This document shows, in pieces, positions 51,837 through 64,000 of a DNA stretch of 64,000 bases. The notes beneath the pieces were generated by a model. It saw only the letters and a list, made by a program, of their open reading frames with translations, did no database searches and was not told the DNA's origin. Origin of the DNA: Octopus sinensis (Eukaryota); NCBI RefSeq assembly GCF_006345805.1, contig NC_043009.1:28644001-28708000 (forward strand), given 5' to 3'. The stretch's first letter is position 1; each line of letters opens with the position of its first letter. The translations under genes were made by a program, and so were the position numbers.

Positions 51837-52647
51837 ATCAGATTAAATGAACAAGAACCTGGGACGTTACTTATCTGATTTCTCTCCAACCTTTGCCCTT
51901 AATGTTCAGACTTGAGTACCTAAACTCTTCTTCACCCTACTCAAGAATCTAGTTCCCTTAGAAAAATATTTACTCACAAATCTATAAAATTGACCTACTC
52001 TACGACGACCACCACCACCATAACATCACTGGAGTTATCCAACAGCTTAACAACAAGAAACTCAAAAATCCACAACCAGCTAACACCCGCCCTAATAACT
52101 TAACTCAACATAATCCCTAGCTCCATACATATAAACCCAAAACACTTCATTTCATGTTGTAGAGCAATATGAAATGAAGTGAAGGGTTTTGCTCAAGAAC
52201 ACAATGCACTGCTCAGTTCTGGAATTGAATCGACACCTAAACCATTGTGTGTGTGTGTGTGTGTGTCTGTCTGTCAGTTTGGCTGTATGTATGTAAAGGA
52301 AGAAAAAGCAACATGAATCCCACAAGTGGTTCGTGTCATAATTGTCTCCTTCCTCACAATTGGTCAAAGTATTAGAAACGAAGCAGAGTAAATTAAATGC
52401 TCGTTAGTGTAACATAAGGTGAAAAGTTGATTGGCGTCATTTTGTTTGTTGCTTATTAATTTATTCATTTGTTATTTCATTTGCATAGCAGTTGTTAGCC
52501 AGGAACTGTCATGCTTATTGCTTCAGTCATTGCCATTATTCACGTTAAGTCAAGTGTGACTTTGGTGCTGGTATCAATATTAGCAAATCTTCTGCTGGTT
52601 TGTGTTACAACAATAACGATTAATAACTAATATATGCAAAGGTAGAA

Positions 52648-52800
52648 GGCAGTGAGCTGGCAGAACAGTTAGCACATGAGGGAAAAGGTTATGCAGCATT
52701 TTGTCTGCCTCTACGTCCTGAGTTCAAATTCCATTGAGGTTGACTTTACTTTTACTCCTTTCAGGGCCAATAAAATAAGAACCAGTCAAGTACTGGGGTC
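52648..52800 (+). mobile_element. SINE family 2 (host of an HH-SINE insertion)
   Basis: GGCAGTGAGCTGGCAGAA head, GTTCAAATTCC box and core. Confidence 0.8.
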
Positions 52801-53069
52801 AATTCTATACTTAAGAGATGCGGAATTATGTACATTATTTACATTATTTACATTTGACAGATATTTGTCCTCATCTTGTTTGTTGTTAGCACAACGTTTC
52901 GACTGATATACCCTCCAGCCTTCATCAGGTGTCTTGGGGAAATTTCAACCCTGGGTTCTCATTCCTAAGGTATTTTTCGATGTTATTATTATCATTATTA
53001 TTATCAGCGGTGGTGCCCCAGCATGGCCGCGGCCTTCGGGCTAAAAAATTTTTAAGGATTTAAGGATTA

Positions 53070-53131
<62 letters not shown>

Positions 53132-53294
53132 GTTGTTGTTGTTGTTATTATTATTATTATTATTATTATCATTGTTATTATCATTAAGGTCGCTGCTTGG
53201 AATCAAACTTGGAATCTTGGGGTTAGAAGCCCATGCTCTGACCCACAACACCAAATGTAAATAATGTAATGTAAATAATGTAAATAATGTAAAT
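52801..53294 (-). mobile_element. HH-SINE (hammerhead 52888-52933, core intact)
   Basis: GACAC CTGATGA A GGCTG gagggtatat CAGTC GAA ACGT T GTGCT. tRNA-like head at about 53190-53251. Confidence 0.85.
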
Positions 53295-53367
53295 AAAAGA
53301 AATGATTTTGTGGCGATGTTTTGCTTAGTTTTTATCAAAACACTATTACAGATACAAAATTATTTTC

Positions 53368-53570
53368 GGTTTTATATTTAAGAGATGAGGAATTATTTAC
53401 ATTATTTACATTATTTACATTTGACGGATATTTATCCTCATCTTGTTTGTTGTTAACACAACGTTTCGGCTAATATACCCTCCAGTCTTCATCAGGTGTC
53501 TTAAGGAAATTTCGAACCTGGGTTCTCATTCCTAAGGTATTTTTCGATGTTATTATTATTATTATTATTA
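53368..53570 (-). mobile_element. HH-SINE 3' part, 5'-truncated in (AAT)n (hammerhead 53455-53500)
   Basis: GACAC CTGATGA A GACTG gagggtatat TAGCC GAA ACGT T GTGTT. Confidence 0.85.
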
Positions 53571-53690
53571 CTTTTTTTTTTCTTCTTTCAAATTTTCTTC
53601 CATTTCTTGCCGAGTGTCTTCCCGACTCCTAGGGCAAAGAAACTCATAGTGTATATTGGTAGGCCATTAAACCAAACTCAGTAGTTCGTT

Positions 53691-53721
<31 letters not shown>

Positions 53722-53784
53722 GTTAAATTAAAATACATGAGCAGCAACAGTTCTCACATCGACAATGCTCTTCTCAATACGTGT

Positions 53785-54158
53785 GATGTACCAGTTAAGA
53801 CAATGATGTACCAGTTAAGACAATTGATGTACCAGTTAAGACAATCGATGTACCAGTTAAGACAATTGATGTACCAGTTAAGACAATTGATGTACCAGTT
53901 AAGACAATTGATGTACCAGTTAAGACAATTGATGTACCAGTTAAGACAATTGATGTACCAGTTAATACAATCGATGTACCAGTTAAGACAATCGATGTAC
54001 CAGTTAAGACAATCGATGTACCAGTTAAGACAATCGATGTACCAGTTAAGACAATTGATGTACCAGTTAAGACAATTGATGTACCAGTTAAGACAATTGA
54101 TGTACCAGTTAAGACAATTGATGTACCAGTTAAGACAATTGATGTACCAGTTAAGACA

Positions 54159-54160
<2 letters not shown>
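53785..54160 (+). repeat. 21-bp minisatellite, 18 units
   Basis: Unit GATGTACCAGTTAAGACAAT(T/C); translates to MYQLRQL/S. Confidence 0.95.
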
Positions 54161-54198
<38 letters not shown>

Positions 54199-54779
54199 TA
54201 TTATTATTATTATTATTATATACTGGGGTCAGTGTTATTAATTTAACTGCCCCACCCTGATATTGCTGGTCTTGTGCCAAAATTTGAAATCTGTGTATGT
54301 AAAGAAAGAATCGACATACAAAAAACAAAAACAAAGCATTATAAAATCAGTTGAAATATGTCTGTTGTTTCAGAAAAACCAGTTCACGGTTTCAAATTTT
54401 AGCACAAGACCAGGGATTTTGAAAGGAAGTGGGGTGAGTCAATTACAGTGACCCCCAGCACCTGGCTGGTATTTTATCAGCCCTGAAAAAAATAAAAGGC
54501 AAATTGGACTTGATTTGAATCCAAAATATATCAAAACAAAAGAAATACCAAATGTTTTGTCCCATGCTCCAACAACTGTGCTTGCTCACCAGCTTAATAG
54601 GAATAATAAGGGTTTTTTTCCAATATAGGCAAAAGGCCTGAAAATCTTGGGGAGGTGGTGGGGATTATTAATTTCATTGGCCCTAGTATTTGACAGGAAT
54701 TTATTTCATCGACACAGAAACAATGAAAGGCAAAGTCAACCGAAGTGGAATTTGAAATCAGAATGTAAAAACAGTTGGC

Positions 54780-54997
54780 GTCATCATCATCATCATCATC
54801 GTGTAACGTCCGCTTTCCATGCTAGCATGAGTTGGACGATTTTGACTGAGGACTGGTGAACCAGATGGCTGCACCAGGCTCCAGTCTTGATTTGGCAGAG
54901 TTTCTACAGCTGGATGCCCTTCCTAATGCCAACCACTCCAAGAGTGTAGCGGGTGCTTTTTATGTGCCACCCACATGGGCATGCCATGTCTGGCATA
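54780..54997 (-). mobile_element. SINE family 4, 5'-truncated
   Basis: (CAT)n-CGTGTAACGTCCGC...GGATGCCCTTCCTAATGCCAACC. Confidence 0.85.
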
Positions 54998-55013
54998 CTT
55001 AATAATAATAATA

Positions 55014-55069
<56 letters not shown>

Positions 55070-55080
55070 GTAATGGTAAT

Positions 55081-55590
55081 GGATATGAGGTAATGGATGC
55101 TTGGTACCAACATAAACTGGTAAAAGTAATGGATGAAAAGGGGAAGGCAAAAATCCTGTGGGACTTTGACTTCGAGACAGACAAGATGTTAGAACACTGA
55201 AGGCCAGACATAGTAACCTTTAGGAGGGACAAACAAGTGTGTATGATAATCGATGTGTCAATGCCAGGAGGTCAATATATTATTATGAAGGAGAGAGAAA
55301 AGATTGATAAATATGGAGACCTGAGAATTGAGATCGCCAAGATGTGGCAGTTACAGGAGTCAAACATAAAGGTTATCCCTGTTGTCATCAGAGCATTAGG
55401 TTCAATACCATCCAAGCTGAAGAAACATTTGGAAACTTTAGAAATACATTACAATGTAGGTGTATTGCAAGAGTCGGCATTACTTGGAGCTGCACGCATG
55501 TTGCGTAAAGTACTGTCTGTCTGAAGTGCTTGCTGTGATTTGACAAACAGCACAAACCACACGATATTGAATACTGTGAATATTTAAATA
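55081..55590 (+). mobile_element. R4/Dong-type non-LTR retrotransposon 3' fragment (PD-(D/E)xK endonuclease)
   Basis: Single frame WYQHK..KILWDF..TDKMLEH*RPDIV..IIDVSMP..KEREKIDKYGDL..IPVVIRALG..LQESALLGAARMLRKVL-stop (55524). One internal TGA; AAT-type repeats on both sides. Confidence 0.9.
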
Positions 55591-55620
55591 ATGATAATAA
55601 TGATAATGATAATAATAATA

Positions 55621-55653
<33 letters not shown>

Positions 55654-56409
55654 TGCAAAGGCAATAATAATTTAAAACAAACATAATTTTCGTATGGTTT
55701 TTTTTAGGCATTCACTAGTACAACACCAAGTACAAAACCAAATATATGGCACCCTAGGCATAACACCAACACGAACTTCCAACTTGTTGTCTCTTGAGGT
55801 CTCTGGGTGACACTTGGAGCCAGCTTGTGCAAATGTAAAGCAAAAAAAATAACAATAATAACAACAATAATAAAAATGATAGATATAAAAATGGAAAAAA
55901 ATTAAACAGTATCAGGATCTAGCCAGAGAAGACTATGGAAAACCAAGATAACAATTATTCCTTGAGTAATTGGTGCATTTTGACACAACATCCAAAATGC
56001 TATGGATTCAGTGGTGCCTTCATCAGTGGATATGATAAGTTTAAATGTTTATGGTGTTCAGACTTTTGGTATATGGAAACAGTCAGGACAACAAGAAGAG
56101 AAATACACTGAACTTGCTTAGGAGAAGATTTACCATTTTATGTTTGGCTCATTGAAATTAATTTAAAATTAACTTTTTCTGTTCTCAAAATTATTGGAAT
56201 AAATATATTGCACTACACTAATGAAAATATGTTTTTGCGCAGAGTGATTAGCAGAGAGCTCAATGAAATTGGAGGTAAAAAAACCTGTCTAGTTCGGAGC
56301 AATAATATAATGATATATTAGGACAGCCGAAGCCAAGAGACTCTTGAAAATAAAAATTGAGACATCGAAATTTCACTATAATTGCTACGTATTTTATTCC
56401 TGTAATTAG

Positions 56410-56534
56410 CTTTTCTATATATTTGTACATATGTATGTATGCATGGATGAATGAATGTATGGACATTCATATAGATGTGTGTGTGTGTGGATATATATAT
56501 ATGTATGTATATATGTATGTGTGTGTGTGTGTGT

Positions 56535-56571
<37 letters not shown>

Positions 56572-56827
56572 CCTATGTGTATGTATGTGTGTATGTGTAT
56601 ATATATGCATATACTTGTGTGTGTGTGTGTATGTATATATATATACATATGTGTTTGTATGTATGTGTGTATGTGTATATATATATATGCATATGTATGT
56701 TTGTGTGTGTATATATATACATATGTGTGTATGTATGTATATGTGTGTATATGTATATATATGCATATGTATGTGTGTGTACATATACATATGTGTATGT
56801 GTGTATATATATGCATATGTATGTGCT

Positions 56828-56874
<47 letters not shown>

Positions 56875-57439
56875 ATGTATATATATATGCATATGCATGT
56901 GTGTGTATATACGTATGTATATGTCTATGTATGAATGTGTATATATGTACATATGTGTGTGTGTGTATATAAAATGTATGATAAAATTCTGTGTTGATTC
57001 ATTTGTTTTTTTGTATTTCTTTTATTATTTATTTATTGTTTCTTTCCTTTTATTTTTGGCATTTCTTGACACATGTTGTTGTTGTTGCTGCTGTTATTGT
57101 TGTTCATGCTACTGCTGTTGCTGCTGCTACTGATCTTATGTCTGTTGTTGCAACAACTGTCATTGTTTTTCGTTATATTTGTTGTTTTGATGTTGTTTCA
57201 TTGATGATCTCAAGTCTGTTGTCATAGCAATTGTTGTTGTTGTTGTTGCTGATTTTTGCCCCATTTTTTTGTTTTTGTTTTCTCCTGTTTTCGTAGACTC
57301 ATGAAATGTTTGCTAATACAAAAATAAATATAAAAAATATATATATATACACAAGTCATTTGTTTGGTAAATTCTTCTGAATGCACCGTTGCTGCTTTTG
57401 TTGCTATTATTATTATCATTATTATTATTATTATTATTA

Positions 57440-57473
<34 letters not shown>

Positions 57474-57497
57474 TACTACTACTACTACTACTACTAC

Positions 57498-57537
<40 letters not shown>

Positions 57538-57647
57538 GTTATTATTACTGTTGTTGTTTCCTTTTAGTTTTCTTGTTGTTACTGTTGTTGTTGTCCTTTT
57601 AGTTTTCTTGTTGTTTTGGTGTCTGGCCTGTTTTTCTTGTTTATGCT

Positions 57648-57691
<44 letters not shown>

Positions 57692-57720
57692 TATTGTTAT
57701 TGTTGTTGTTCTTGGATAAA
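56410..57720. repeat. (TA/TG)n then (TAT/TAC/TGT/TAG)n microsatellite field
   Basis: Visible tracts that generate the stacked low-complexity ORFs. Confidence 0.95.
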
Positions 57721-57846
57721 TATATTGAAAAGCCAAAAGGAGAAAAAAAAAAGAACACTATTTGGTAATTCTTCTTGTTTCTTCTGCCCTTATTTCTTTC
57801 TTTATTTGTTTATTTATTGGTCTGTTTCGGTTTGGTTTCATTATAG

Positions 57847-57861
57847 TAATGGCCATGTTCG
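57847..57861 (+). other. Candidate 15-nt microexon of an unidentified host gene
   Basis: Long T-rich tract, TTATAG | TAATGGCCATGTTCG | GTAAGA. Length is a multiple of 3. Confidence 0.25.
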
Positions 57862-58304
57862 GTAAGACAAGAAGAATTGGTACTTTATCTGAGAGAAGAG
57901 TAAATCTAGCAGAACTTTACATAATGGCGCTAAAATGCACACAGCGGTAGTACCATCATCATTAAAGTAATAACGGTTGTGTGAGTAAAAGAATCAGAAC
58001 TGGTACTGTTGTAATACAGTTCTCTGATTTAAGAGAAAATTCTTGCAGAATTTTTAAGTGATGGCATTAACACACACACACAACAGTAGTGCTGTTGACA
58101 TCAATAAATCCACCAGCCTCCTGAGGACACTTTTAACTATGTAGTGCCCCACTTCATTATAGAAAATTTGAATGCATACAAAATCTGATCAAAATGTATT
58201 GGGATTATTGCTATGGTAACAGAGCTAAAATGCGCAGAGAGAAGCGACTTGGCATAGATTGATCTTGAGCTCTGTTTCGAATGCTCACTTAGTTATAATA
58301 TTCT

Positions 58305-58726
58305 TGCTTGCCAGCATCACCTTACTGGCACTTGTGCCCATGCTAGTAGGATGCCAAGAGCACCATCCGAGCGTGATCATTGCCAGAGCAGCCAACTGGC
58401 TTCCATGCCAGTGGCACGTAAAGGGGCACCATTCGAGTGTGATCGTTACCAAAGTCACCTTACTGGCACCTGTGCTGGGGGCATGTGTAAAAGGATTCGA
58501 GCGAGGTCATTGCCTTTACCGCCTGACTGGCCCCCGTGCTGGTGGCATGTAAAAAGCACCCACTACACCCTTGGAGTGGTTGGCGTTAGGAAGGGCATGC
58601 AGCTGTAGAAACTCTGCCAAATCAAGATTGGAGCCTGGTGCAGCCATCTGGTTTGCCAGCCCTCAGTCAAAATCGTCCAACCCATGCTAGCATGGAAAGC
58701 GGACGTTAAACAATGATGATGATGAT
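58305..58726 (+). mobile_element. SINE family 4 with ~60-bp internal units
   Basis: GGTTGGCGTTAGGAAGGGCATG...GCGGACGTTAAAC-(GAT)n. Confidence 0.88.
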
Positions 58727-59157
58727 CTGTTGGTGATAGCAATGCTTGGAGGTAAAGTGTGTAGAGTGTGGTTGTCTCAAAAAGAAGATTGGATTTCAGT
58801 TGTGCTGGGTCACCTTAATTGTATTGAGGAATATGAAAATTTCCGAAAATGGCCATCACTAGTAATGAATCATAGATCTATGGCTATGACCCTGAAACCG
58901 AGGCAAAAAATCAAGTCTTGCTTTGATAGAACAGGATTTCAAGATGTTGGGGATATCCAAGAGATTGTGACACGGCAGCTGCCTGTTATTCCAAAGAAAG
59001 CCATTCCAGGAAAACTGCCATCAGTGGAAGCAATGATGGATAAAGAGTGTGGCTTTAGAAGGGGACGACTTTGAAGGAATTTATATGCCAAACTGATATG
59101 TGTTATAGTTTCTTTCTTCTAGCACCAATCCTGATACGCTTTTGAGAAGACCTCATA
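58727..59157 (+). mobile_element. Internally deleted mariner transposase remnant with right end
   Basis: Across frames: AITSNES*IYGYDPET (ITGDE.W.Y.YDPET), FQDVGDIQEIVTRQL..IPK, HQWKQ*WIKSVALEGDDFEG; ends TTTTGAGAAGACCTCA-TA. Confidence 0.85.
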
Positions 59158-59872
59158 CGTGTGTGTGTGTGTGTGTGTGTGTGTTTATATGTATGAGTTT
59201 ACATGCGTGTGTCTGAGTATTTGTGTGCTTACATATATGTTTGTACTTCATTACATGACTATGCAATGTTTTTGCATGACTATGTGTGTATGTGTGTATG
59301 TGCTACTGTGTGTTGCTGTGTGTCACTGTGTGTGTGTGTGTGTGTGTGTGTTAGTGGGTGTATATGTTTTGCATGTGTGAGTGTTTGCATGTATGTGTGA
59401 GTATGTATCCTTGCATGTGTGGATGTGAATGTGTCTGTATGTTTTTGTGCCTGTATGTGTGTGTCTGCTTGGTTGCATATGTGTGTATGTGGATGTATAC
59501 GTCTGCGTGAGCAAGTGTGCATGTGTGCATGTTTATGTGTATATGTATTTAGTGCATTTTTGTTTATGGGCTTGTCTCTATGTGTGTGTCTGTGTGGCTT
59601 TGTATGTGAGCATGTGCAAGTGTTTGCATGTGCATATTTCTATGTATGTGTGTGTTTGTGTGTGTATGTGTTTGTATCCCTGGAGATGTCTAAGCTTGGC
59701 TTCAAAGGAATGGGTGAGAGATCATTTCATGTATGCTTCCACCAAAAACACTGAAGAATTCAGTATGATCATTATCGCCATCATCATCACCACCACTACC
59801 ACCATGACCATCACTTTCATAATCATCATCATCGTCATCATCATCAATACCATCATCACCACCATTGTCACC

Positions 59873-59906
<34 letters not shown>

Positions 59907-60269
59907 TCATCATCATTACCATCACCATCATCACACTACCAACGCCACCACCACCACCACTATCATCATTATTGTTATCAATGTCATCATAGTCATCACT
60001 GCCCCTGTCATCAACATCCTCATCTTCACCTCCACCATCGTGGTCATTATTCTCAACATCATTATCGTTATTGCCAACATCATCATTTTTACATCCGCTT
60101 TCCACTGTTACCAGCTGTTAGACGGGTCATCACAATCCAAATTGTTTCTTAATAGAAGGTCACCATTGGTGTTTCTATGTGATATTTTGGTTTAGTTACT
60201 ATGGTTACACACCCTCTAAATTTGTGTTTGCATGTATCATTTTGACTTTGCCTAGACAACCCTTATTTC

Positions 60270-60682
60270 ATCATCATCATCATTATTTAACTCCCGTTGT
60301 CCATGCTGGCATGGGTTGGACGGTTTGACCAGGGCTGACACACTGGAAAGCTACACCAGGTTCCAGTCTGATTCAGCATGGTTTTCTACTGCTGGATGCC
60401 CTTCCTAATGCCAACCACTCAGAGAGTGTAATGGGTGCATTTATGTGCCACCAGCATGAGTGCCATTTGCATGATACTGGGGTGCTTTTACATGCCATTA
60501 GCATGGGTGCCAATTTGTGTGACACTGGTATCTGCCACAACTGCTATTTTGCTTGGCTTGATGGGTCTTCTCAAGCATGACATAATGCCAAAGGTTTTGG
60601 TCATTACTTCCCTGAGGCCCAACACTCAAAGGAACTCAGTCACTTTACCTTTGTGAGGCCCAATGCTCAAAAGGAACTCAGC

Positions 60683-60685
<3 letters not shown>
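60270..60685 (-). mobile_element. SINE family 4 / RTE-like 3' fragment
   Basis: (CAT)n...CCATGCTGGCATGGGTTGGACGG...GGATGCCCTTCCTAATGCCAACC. Confidence 0.8.
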
Positions 60686-60770
<85 letters not shown>

Positions 60771-60945
60771 GATTAAATTTACTCCAGTGAATAACTGGTA
60801 CTTATTTTATCGGTCTTGAAAAGACCTTGGTGGAATTTGAATACAGAACATAAAGTCAGACAAAATGTCGCTAACAATTTTCCCCAATGTGCTTACAATT
60901 CTGCTAGCTCACCATCTTCCATATTTTCTGTAAAGTATATTGATA

Positions 60946-61151
60946 ATAAAGTGATGGTTTGTTGCCAACTTAATGTGGCAGTCCCAGGAAAGGGAAGAAT
61001 GCTACTGTTATTTAGCCCCAAGAAACACAGTTTCTAGAATGCTTGTATCAAATAGCCAACTAGAAACGGTGTTTCTTGAGGCTAAACAACAGTAGCATTC
61101 TTCTCTTTCCTGGCACTGTCACATTAAGTTGGCAACAAACCATCACTTTAT
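60946..61151. repeat. Fold-back / MITE-like inverted repeat (~92-bp arms, 22-nt spacer)
   Basis: 60946-61037 is the reverse complement of 61060-61151 with a few mismatches. Confidence 0.85.
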
Positions 61152-61183
61152 CATGATGCTACTGTATAAGTCTCTCTGAGACA

Positions 61184-61447
61184 CAGTTCTATATTTAATA
61201 ACTGTGTCTTAACCACTATGCCATATGCCCATGGGCATCTGGTGTAGTGGTTAAGAACACAGGCTACTAACACCAAGATTCCGAGTTCGATTCCAGGCAG
61301 TGACCTGAATAATAATAATAATAATAATAATCATCATCATCATCATCGTTTAACGTCCGCTTTCCATGCTAGCATGGGTTGGATGGTTCGACTGGGGTCT
61401 GGGAAGCCAGGAGTCTGCACCAGGCCCAAATAATAATGATAATAATC

Positions 61448-61486
<39 letters not shown>

Positions 61487-61627
61487 TCGAAAATATCTTA
61501 GGAATGAGAACCCAGGTTCGAAATTTCCCCAAGATACCTGATGAAGGCTGGAGGGTATATCAGCCAAAAATTGTGTTAACAAACAAGATGAGGACAAATA
61601 TCTGTCAAATGTAAATAATGTAAATAA
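61184..61627 (+). mobile_element. HH-SINE with 13-bp TSD, 5' inversion and a nested family-4 SINE tail (61332-61428)
   Basis: TSD TCTCTCTGAGACA at 61171-61183 and 61628-61640. Head TGGTGTAGTGGTTAAG...GAGTTCGATTCC; hammerhead 61533-61577 with GAAAC broken. Confidence 0.88.
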
Positions 61628-62229
61628 TCTCTCTGAGACATTTAGAAATGCAGTATTTCTAATATTGACAATAACTGATATAAAATAATTCTTTTTAATT
61701 TTAGCTAGAGCTACATAATTTTTGTATTACTAATTACTTTATAAAGTTGTAGAGGGTGCATTCTCTTGTGGCATTATAGTATTAGAAATATTAATAAATT
61801 AAAATGAGCTTAACATATCACAGCTAAGCAGAGGTTTATTACAAGTTTAAATCAAGCTTACATTTCACAGCTTAGGTGGGATTTATTACGTGTTTAAATG
61901 TGGCCTACATCTCACAGCTAACTAGGGATCGATTACCCAGTTGAAACGGGCCTATATTTCATATCTGGCCCTGGTTTATTACGTGTCTTGCATAAGTGTT
62001 TGTGTGTGTGTGTGTGTTTGAGTTTGTGTGTTGTATGTGTGTGTGTGTGTTTGAGTTTGTGTGCGTATGTGTGTGTGTGTGTTTGAGTTTGTGTGTGTAT
62101 GTATGTTTGTAAATAATGTAACAATAGTTTAATACTAAATAGTTTACAGAGAAAAGCAAGTTAGAGACTGGCATTGATTTTAATTGTTATCACTATTGAT
62201 GTTGTCGCTGCTGCTGATTGTCTTAACAA

Positions 62230-63780
<1,551 letters not shown>

Positions 63781-64000
63781 ATATTCATTCTATCTCGCTC
63801 CACTTTATTACTCACACCCATTATCATTCCTTAACCACATCCACCCTTCTGAGACCCCACCTCCCTCCTTCGCCTGTTTTTTTCATTTTGCACGTGGGTG
63901 GGGGATAACTGTTGGTAGTGATTATACACGCATACACACATTATATATGTACACACACACGCGCATATACACACATACATACACATATATACATACATTA

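Noticed and set aside
52480-52610. Hydrophobic stretch MLIASVIAIIHVKSSVTLVLVSILANLLLVCV resembling a GPCR TM1
   Set aside because: Short, closed by stops, with weak splice signals; T-rich DNA readily gives such peptides.

Overview
AT-rich eukaryotic DNA dominated by microsatellites and short retroelements. The SINE set and SSR load look like an octopus/coleoid cephalopod genome (inference). No intact protein-coding gene can be supported: almost every ORF in the track is translated simple repeat. Recognisable coding remnants are a Penelope-like element (PLE) endonuclease C-terminus, two R4/Dong-type endonuclease fragments, an internally deleted mariner, a probable hAT end and a decayed LRR/Toll-like gene. 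The main unexplained signal is a set of minimal type I hammerhead ribozyme motifs (stem I-CUGANGA-stem II-GAA-palindromic stem III-H-stem I). They occur in three settings. (1) A multi-copy tRNA-headed SINE with a hammerhead-bearing, PLE-like body, inserted as one unit with target-site duplications. (2) Two fold-back elements inserted in (TA)n; the larger has ~900-bp arms and a junction explained by a 9-bp hairpin inside the PLE ORF. (3) Short solo units of ~200 bp flanked by (TA)n. All folds and alignments were done by eye and none has been tested computationally or experimentally.
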